64,000 nucleotides of DNA from the NCBI RefSeq assembly GCF_009914755.1, contig NC_060925.1; one strand, written 5' to 3'. The DNA comes from the human T2T-CHM13v2.0 reference genome, Homo sapiens. Position numbers and translations under genes: made by a program. Below, piece by piece: positions 46,594-64,000 of the stretch (position 1 is its first letter; each line of letters begins with the position of its first letter). The notes below the pieces were generated by a model. The model had not been told where the DNA came from. It ran no database searches and was given only the letters and a program-made list of their open reading frames with translations.

Positions 46594-48984
46594 GGTGGCA
46601 AGGGGAGAGAACCCTGTTAGGAGCACAAGGTGGAACTGGGGTCACACAGAGAGGCTGTGGCTTGGCTCCTGGCAAAGAGGCCTCTGCATTCAAAACACAG
46701 CCAAGAGACCCGGCATAGGAAATGCCAGTTCAGAGTAGGTGGGGATGGGGAAGGGGTGCTTCTGGGAAACCAGGAATCCCACATGTTTCTTTCTGTATTT
46801 AACTCGGGGTAGGAAGAGGTCAGGAAAAAAACCAGGAAGCAGAAGTTGTTTTCTTATCTAGGCCCTAGCAGATCTAGGGGGAGGGGGCTTTTCCTGGGTC
46901 AGTGACTCATTTCCTGTCCCAGCCAGCGTCTAGCCTCCACTGTCCCGACTGTCCCCAGCGTGGGAGAAGCAGGGGCAGGGAGCCACCCCACTCTACTCCT
47001 TATGAGCAGTACTCCCACCCTCTCCTGACTCCCAGGAAGGGACTTTAGGAATATGGATAAAGGAACCCTTAACCAGAGCTCTGGAGTACAGAACTTAGAG
47101 ACGGGAATGGGCTGTGCCTGCCCCTCCTGATCCAGAAAACAGTGGAATGCTAGAGAGGTGCTGGACTAATGAATGGTAGAAGAGGCCAGTGTGAGAGGTT
47201 GGGCCTTCCCTCCCGGGGAATCAGCCAAGCAATGGGAACTTCAGAGGCTCAGCTTAGGTTCAAGCAGGAAGGAAATCCTGCAAGCTGGACACAGCCAGTC
47301 TTCCCTAGCTAGACCCTCTGCCCTCATCCCCCCACCCCCGCTGTGTCACACCAGCTTGGACAGCCTTGGCCTGTAACATCTGCAGCAGCTGTGGCGGCAC
47401 AGATGGCCAGATGTCAGGTTTTGCCAGCAATGGGGAGAAAAAAGGAAAATGAAGTGTCGGGGGAGGCAGAGGGGAACTGGAGACAGACTGGGAGTGCAGT
47501 GTACCCCCTGCCACCTCCTGCTAACATCTGGCAAAACCCCAGGATCTTTCCATCCCCTGGGGTCATGATTTCCCTCCTACTGCCTCTGGGAGAGAAGGTC
47601 TCTCCCACCTTTTCCGATTTCTCAGGGTTTGGGACTAGGGAGCTGAAAGGAGAGAGAGCAAGAGCCACTGAAGACATTTTCTCCCCAATCAGGCCCCATC
47701 TTGGGTGGGGAGTAGGACAAGGGGGAGCCCTGAGAGCTGCTGCTGGAGACACCCAGCCCCCGACCAAACCTCAGACACTTTCCATTTTCTCAGGAACAAA
47801 GCATGTTTGTGGGATGAGGTCATCCACACAGCTGCCTCTGGAACAGGAGCCTAGGGAGTGGAGCGGTAGGGAAGTGGGGTTCCCAGACCTTTCTGCTGCC
47901 CCGGATTCCAGTCTCTAGCCCCAAAGTCAGAGCTCCCACCCCTGCTCTCCTCCATCATGAAGGCTGCTCTCTAAGGGCTGGGATCCTGGGGTAGTGGAGA
48001 GGAACCACCAGGACCCATAGGAAGGAGATGTTCTCACAGCTGTGGATGAGCCCGGGGAAGTTACAGGGACACACAAAGGAATCCACCAACCCACTCTCCC
48101 ACAAGGCTCCAGTGCTGGCAGTCGCCAGGGCCTGCCCTGGCTCAAGCTGAAGGAGAAGTCCTCCTTTTCTCATCCACCCCCAGTGCGAAATTCTTGACAA
48201 CAAGCGCTGCTCTGGCTTGAAGTTCAGACTCCAGGCACCAGCAGATGCCCCCAGCTTGGAGGCCTGACTCTCCATACATCAAGCCTCTGCGCAATGGGAG
48301 AACAGCCAGCTTGCGCTCCAGGCCAGGGCATGAGGCCACCAGGGGCCAGGGTCTTTAGAGCTGGAACTCCTGGGCTGGGGGCTATGGTGTAGAGAAGATA
48401 CTCCTCTTTCTCAGCCCCCTTCCTGCCACTCAGGCCCAGGTTTCCTCTGGCCCAACATCTGAGGATTGCCTGGGCTGTCAGCCACGGGGCAGCAGGGGGC
48501 CACACAGGTGGAATGCGTCCACAGGGGGTGCCTGGGCCTCTTCCTTCCTTCTTGGCTTGGCCCACTGCGGCTGCCACCTTCTCAGGCCCAGGCTAGACTT
48601 GGGTCCACCCCCTGAGAGACAGTCAGCACTCCGAAACCAGGGCAACCCAAATAGGGTATGGGCATGGCTTCTATTTCCTTCCCAGAATCCCCCAATGCCC
48701 TAGTCTATCCAGCTGGGCTCTGGTGAGGACAGAGTAAAGGGCACCAACAAGGCCCACCTGTCTCTGCCCATACCCCTCTCCCTGCCCTTTTCCCTGGCAA
48801 GGCTGGGGACTGCGGGGACTGAAGGGAGCCAGCCTTGTATTCCTTCCTGACCGGCAGTGGGGCGGGGTTTGGGGGAGACTGCTCCTCTACAGATGGCTCA
48901 CAACCCTGCACCTCCAACAATCTCCCCTCACAAGGCACCTCCCAGTGAACCTCCTGGAGCTCAGAATGACTGCGTAACTGGCTA

Positions 48985-50631
<1,647 letters not shown>

Positions 50632-52289
50632 TAGGGGGCCCCAGGCCCATGGGGCTTGCTGAGGACACCAGTGGGGAAAGTGGTCGCTTCAGTCCGGTCA
50701 GCCTGACTCTAGTAAGCTTAACTCTTGAGATCTCTCATGCAGGTCCACGGATGTAGACACCTGCATGCTGCTTTGCCACTCACAAAGTCCATGCCCACCA
50801 CAATCTCATCAGATCTCACAAAAGGCAGGCAGGACAGAGTATCATCCCCATTTTACAGCTGAGCACAAGGAGGCCAGGAATAGAGCAGGTTCATGCCCAA
50901 GGTCCCGATCAGGACCCAGGTCCCCTGCCTCCCAGCCCAGAGCTCTTCCCTCTCCCTAAAAATGCTGCCCTGGTGATGAAGCGGATGGTGACATGGGGGT
51001 GGTCAGCTTTTAAGGGCAGGGGAACAGGAGATGCACCAGAGCCTGGCTCTTCTCCTCAGCTGCTAGCCCTGTGATTGGAAGACACCCAGAAGCCTTTCCA
51101 ATGCCCCATGCCAACCATTCAATCCTTCTGCCCCCACCCCCAACATGCCCACTGTCCAGGAGGACCCTGGCCAGGTCCCACAGCTGTGAGTCAGGATCAG
51201 AACAGACCCCTCCCCCACCTTCTAGAAGCTGACAGGAGACTTAAGGGGAGAAATCCAACTCCCTCAACCCTCACCCTCTGCTACCGGGCACCAACCCCAA
51301 GCTCTGCTCTCCCCCATGTGGCCTGGAAGTCAGAGAAGTTTAGGGAAGGGGGTTGGGGAGCAAGATCCCGCAGCTGCTCTGGGGACATGAGAGGAACAGT
51401 TCATTCACCCTGGGTCCCCCAGGGCTGAGGCAGCCCATCCAAGATTTGAGTTTAAAAATAAGTTGGGGCTGTCTTGGTGGCTGTGTGTGTGCGTGGGGCT
51501 CTTCTTGATCTCGAACTTACTGTCTCAGGGCCTCTGCCTCATGGGGGATCGGTAGGCTCAGAGTTTCTGTTTCCCCACAGCCTCACCTCCCAATGGTTCA
51601 GGCCCGGGTAAGTCAGGGGCTGTCCTGGAAGCTGTCAGACCACCTAGGTCTCTCTGCCCCCACTTAGTCTCAGTTTCTGGTGTCTGTCTCTGCTTCACTC
51701 AGCATCTCTGTGTCTGGGCACACTTCAGTCTCTGTCTTTAGGTTTTGGACGGCTCTGTATCTTGACTGGCTGTCCCCCAGGGGGCCCATGCCTCTGTGGA
51801 TCTCAAGTCTTGGTCTCTTCTTGTCTACATGGCTGAATGTCTCAATCCCCACCACCTCCCTTTCTCTGTCTCTGCATCCAAGTCTCTTTCGCCACCTCTG
51901 CACGCCTGAATGTCTCTGTCTCTAGTCTCTGAGCGTCTCTGCAGGCCTCAGAGAGCAGATTCAGCATGAGGCCAATGACGCCCAAGCCTCAGGGCACCTC
52001 CAAGGCCCGGGGAAGGGCCCTAGGGAATGTGTTCGCTGGGGTCCCACGTATGCTTTTTCTGAAAATGCTCCACAAAGCCTAGGACGGCCCCCATGCCTCG
52101 GGTCTGTCCACCAGTAACTCTGTACGCCCGGTGTGTCCTTGTTTCAGTGGTCTCGGTAGCCTCCTGTGCCTCGAGTCCCTGCCTGTCTCGGTCTCTCGCT
52201 CCACCGGGCTTTCCGAGAACCTCAGTTTCTCCAGCGCTTCTGGTCGGTCGGTCTGTCTGTCTCTCTCCGGCTTTTCTATTTCAAACTTA

Positions 52290-53000
52290 GCCCCCTCCCC
52301 CGCCCAACTCTCGCTGCCGCCCCCGCCCCCGCCCCGCCCGATAGCCCGGAGGGGTCCAGTCCCGGCGGGCGCTGTCCCGGGCTCGGCGTGCCCCGGGCAC
52401 CCGTGGCCAGAGCCCGGCGGGTACAGGGGACCGGGGCCGCGGCTGGCCTCAGCCCTCCGCGGGTCCCTTCGCTCCCCGGCCTGGGCGCGGGGGCGGACCG
52501 CCAGGGCTGGGAGCCGGGGTCGGCGGGGCGCTCACCTCGAAGCGGGCGGCGGGAGCGGGGAGCGCGCGGCGCAGGCGGGGCCGGGAACCGGGCGCCGCGT
52601 CCCTCGGCGGCTCCTACCTGCGGGCCGGGCCAAGCGGGGGCCGAGCGAGCTGCCGGCGAGGCTGCCGACTGCAGACGGACCGTGTGGGCGAGTGGGAGCG
52701 CGGCCCCAACCCCTCCCCGAGGAAGTGAGCGCGGGCCCGCCCCGCCCGGACCCCGCCCCCGGCCCCCCAGCCCGCCGCGGGGGCCAGACCCCGCCCCCAC
52801 CTCCCTTTCGGCCGCCAGTCGGCCCGGCCCCCTCCTCCCGCCCGGCCTAACCTGGCTCTCCCAACCTTCAAGCGGCCGGGACCCCGCCCCTGTCCCCTCC
52901 CCGCAGCCTCTGTTCTCCTCCCCTCCCACCCCCCATCCCCAGCTGCCAGAGGGAGACTGCTGTATTCCATCTCAGGCCGGCGACACGAGACCCCGCAGAC
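52290..53000 (-). promoter_or_regulatory. FHL3: FHL3 CpG-island promoter with many GC boxes (GGGGCGGGG), an ETS site (GAGGAAGT ~52719) and G4-prone G-runs
   Basis: Very high GC and CpG density; repeated CCCGCCCC. Confidence 0.9.
52536..52700 (-). other. FHL3: FHL3 non-coding exon 1 (5' end approximate)
   Basis: GAG|GTGAGC donor at 52535 inside a CpG island; exon 2 has an acceptor 20 nt upstream of the ATG, so an upstream exon is required. Confidence 0.75.
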
Positions 53001-54023
53001 CATGGTCCACTGGGGGAGTCCTCTGGCCTCCTCGGATCCCCCCACCCCTTCACCTTACCCCAGGGGTGACACTCAGCCCGGCCTTAATCCAGCCTGGAGG
53101 AGGACGTTTTGACTCTGCTGTCATGAGCCTGTCAGCGGGCACCAAGGTGTTCTCTGAAAACATGGGACGAAGAGAGGACCCCTCCCCACCATAGGGCCTT
53201 GACCTCCAAAGGGTTTTATTCCACAACTTTGAGTAGCAAAAACAGGGGTAACCACCTCCCCACTTCCAGCAGCCTCCTGACACTGAGAAGTCCTGCCTTG
53301 CCTGGGTTTCCGCAGTGCCCAGGAATAGTTTTGACCTTTGAGGCCCGGGGGAGACCCTAATCCTCGGCCCCATGATCTTTGGGCTTCTAGGGTGGGGTGT
53401 GAGGAGTGTGAGAGGATGGGGCACCTCAGGGGTGGTGGAGGAGAGGGGAGGGGACCTCTGCGGTGTCTGAGCCTCTGGCTTCCTCCCTGTGTCCGTGAGG
53501 GAGGACTGGCGCCTGCTAGGGACACGAGGCCCCTCCAGGTCCTTAAGGCCACCCCCCCTGGGATCCTCAGGCTTGTCACTAGGAATAAATAGCCTCAGTC
53601 TGGAAGGGGTGGGGGAGGGAGGGAGGCAGGAGGCTCTACTGTGCTGTTTGTGGAAACAAGAGACAACAAATCAACCCCGGAATAACCTTAGCATCTAGAG
53701 TGAAGATTCAGGTGCCCACAGAGGCCTCCCCACACCCCAGGCTGGGTGTAGCAGAGCTCTCACGGAGGAACTAACACCCTCCCAGGCTGGGGCTCCTGAG
53801 AACCTTTCCGTCCCATCTCTGCATCATGCCTGGGTTCCTGGGTCCCAAGTCACCCACCAGGTCTGGTTTCCTTTCAAAATTAAATCATTGCTTGCTTATT
53901 ATTGCTGTTGTTGCCTAAATGGTAAGAGCCATGAAGGCAGGGCTCCGTTTTGTTCCCCACTGCCTTCTCAGTACTTACTCCAATATCCGGCACATAATAA
54001 ACATCTGATGAATGAATGGATAG

Positions 54024-58352
<4,329 letters not shown>

Positions 58353-58819
58353 CAACATATTTCGTTTAATCATCAAAACAGTCCTGTGGGTATAGTATTA
58401 TTATTACCTCAGTTTTACAGATGGGGAGATGGAGGCTCAGTGAATCTAACTTTACCTTGACTGGGGTGGCATCAGAACACACCTCATGGGTCATTACCTT
58501 GTACTGCCTCTGATTCGCATATCGTCAACCAGCCATTCCCTTAGGGATGTGAGGGACTCAGAACTTTATAGCTATTGTCATTGGGTGATTTCCTTCTATG
58601 CTCTTTACAGATATGACTCCTCAGTTCAACTGTGAGCTCTTGACAGCAATATGAGGCAAGAAGTGTATGTTATTATTATCCTCATTTTATGCTTGAGAAA
58701 AATGATGCTCATTAAAGTCAAGAAACCTGCCAAAAGTCACACAGCCTGTAAGTGAATGGCAGAGCCAGTTATGGTTTTAAGGTCTCTTGTCTCTCTATAG
58801 AATATTTTTTCCTGTACAC

Positions 58820-59539
<720 letters not shown>

Positions 59540-59584
59540 TTAAATCCGTACTGCTCTAGCTTTAAACATACCTTCTAGATACAG

Positions 59585-60240
59585 CAACCCGTGCCGAGCT
59601 GTAAGTGACTGCACATGCGCACACGCTAAGCCCAGCTCAGACGGAGGCCAGTGCCAGCCACGTGTTCCCAGGTGCCCACGCGGGCCAAGCGCGAAGGCGA
59701 GATCTGGGTAGCGTGGACAGGCGCTAGCGAATAAGAACTGGCTCTTATAGAGTCACGAGACTATATCTGGGAAACTACACTTCCCAGAAGCAGCCTGCGG
59801 TGACTGCCTCTGTTAAATGACGTACTTCCTGAAAGCCGGCTCCGGATAGGTTGCTTAGAGGAAGTAGGCGGTTCTAAACCGCCGGCGGCTAGGCCTATTT
59901 CCGGTAGGAATCAGTGGACTTGGCGGCAGAGGCAGTGCGGATCCGGCGTTCTCCACTGATCTTTTCCAAGGCTGTACAGACATGGCGGCGGCTTTTCGGA
60001 AGGCGGCTAAGTCCCGGCAGCGGGAACACAGAGAGCGAAGCCAGGTAGGACCATACAGGCCCCACAAGTGCTGGCCTTTGTCGCCATGTGTTACCCTTGC
60101 CCCAACCCTGTCGCCACCGTGGGATCCGGGTCCAAACTGTATAGTATATAAATGCACGTAAATGTATGTTAATGACGCTGGCGTGGCTGGGGCGGAGCTT
60201 CGTGGGAACGAGTGGAGGGGATTTGTCGTTTCCGTTCTAG
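59585..60240 (+). promoter_or_regulatory. UTP11: UTP11 CpG promoter: NRF1-like TGCACATGCGCA (59610-59621), ZNF143/THAP11-type ACTACACTTCCCAGAAGC (59774-59791), CRE-half plus ETS (TGACGTACTTCCT ~59818), YY1-like ACATGGCGGC over the ATG
   Basis: Motifs read directly; typical housekeeping promoter set. Confidence 0.8.
59982..60044 (+). CDS. UTP11: UTP11 (U3 SSU processome component) exon 1: MAAAFRKAAKSRQREHRERSQ
   Basis: ATG in GACATGG context; 63 nt; CAG|GTAGGA donor; HRERSQ is characteristic of Utp11. Confidence 0.93.
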
Positions 60241-60549
60241 GAAAAGCAGGGGTGCCCCCCTTTCCTTGGGGATATAAAACCTGCTCTGGAAGATTTCAGT
60301 GTGGTGATTGAGTAAGATGTCTGTCAAGTGCCTGGTCTCTTCTGAGGAGTTGAGGTCAGAGCTCATGTAGGCAACAACTGCTGGGCTGAAATTGGATCCC
60401 ACGTCTAATGGGCAGCTCCGCCTGCTGCATATGGGGGCCCTGACCGAAGAGACTGTGGTTACTAATGTGGTATCATCATCACGCTGGGCTTGTGGTTCAT
60501 GAAGATCTGCCATATGTGCTTTTTGTTTAAGCCTTACCCCTTAATGTTG

Positions 60550-63170
<2,621 letters not shown>

Positions 63171-63537
63171 GTTGCCTCCCTGTTACTATGTTTTCCCTTT
63201 GTAGTATTTTATAAACCCTTGGATTAAGTTGGTAGTAATTTTAGTACAACTGGCAACTGCTTGCTTAGTGCCGAGTCATTGTTGCCTCTCTCTGTCCTTA
63301 ATAGGCCAAGAAACCTACTACAGCAGTGCTTGTGACCTGTCTGGTGCTGGCAGGGTCCCTCTCATCCTTGGGCAGAGCCCAGTTGTGGGGAGGGGAGGGA
63401 ACAGGGTCATGGGTTAGCTCCAAGGACTGGATTTACTGAGCACTCCAGAGACTCCTGTGCCTGTTAGATGTCGTGTTGATTTGGATATGTGTTTGCGGAG
63501 GAAACTAAGCACTGTTGTTCTTTCTTTTGTCTTCTAG

Positions 63538-63599
63538 CCTGGCTTTCGAAAACATCTGGGCCTGCTGGAGAAAAAGAAAGATTACAAACTTCGTGCAGA
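63538..63599 (+). CDS. UTP11: UTP11 exon 2: PGFRKHLGLLEKKKDYKLRA(D); the gene continues beyond the window
   Basis: Pyrimidine tract and CTAG acceptor; GTGAGT donor at 63600; LGLLEKKKDY motif. Confidence 0.93.
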
Positions 63600-64000
63600 G
63601 TGAGTTCAGTCTTTCTGGTAGAGGCGCTGCCAAGAAAGCTTACAACCTCCTTGCACTGCAGCTGAATTGCCTGAGTGTCCAACAGGGGATAATTTCCTGC
63701 CATTGATAAAATGGCCAAAGCTCTGGCAGCCTGTCAGATAATTTTTTCTGTGATCCTAAATTTCTCTCTTTGTTTAGGCAGATCATTATTTATTTAACTG
63801 TAGTTGCATTGTGAATTATTTGTATTATGTTGTTCCAGATCATTTTCTCATAGTGGCTTTGAGTTGGCTCTGCCTTGGTGTTTGAGCCCAAAGTTGAATC
63901 TTTTTCTCTTTGTTTTCTTGAAGTGCAGGATATAATCTGAAATTCCATTTGTTGAGTCTCTTACATCACCATGTGTGTGATGTGGAATGAAGAGATGTGA

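Noticed and set aside
52131-53194. Long Pro/Gly/Arg-rich ORFs (239, 342, 217 aa) on both strands
   Set aside because: Stop-codon depletion in the very GC-rich FHL3 CpG island; low complexity and no domain.

Overview
Human-like (primate) genomic DNA, very Alu-rich. The gene order SF3A3-FHL3-UTP11 matches what I recall for chr1p34.3. It holds three genes: the complete SF3A3 gene (minus strand, 17 coding exons, 501 aa reconstructed exon by exon, ATG 37148, stop 5076); the complete FHL3 gene (minus strand, non-coding exon 1 in a CpG island, 5 coding exons, 280 aa); and exons 1-2 of UTP11 (plus strand, ATG 59982). Other elements: a 3'-truncated, polyadenylated U6 pseudogene nested in a MER57-like LTR inside an old L1M, a 5'-truncated L1PA in SF3A3 intron 12, dozens of Alus, and MIR/L2/hAT/Tigger/LTR relics. 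Most ORFs in the supplied track are Alu-, L1- or GC-content artefacts. I see no new multi-gene system. The best leads are cis-acting: (1) a paralogous ~75-nt hairpin element in SF3A3 introns 5 and 6, next to a candidate stop-containing micro-exon; (2) a GCAUG/RBFOX-motif-dense degenerate repeat filling FHL3 intron 3; (3) a (UG)20 tract just past the FHL3 polyA signal; (4) three back-to-back perfect palindromes in SF3A3 intron 12; (5) two ~0.5-kb local duplications and several template-switch scars in SF3A3. Repeat subfamily names are from memory of consensus sequences, and repeat boundaries are approximate.
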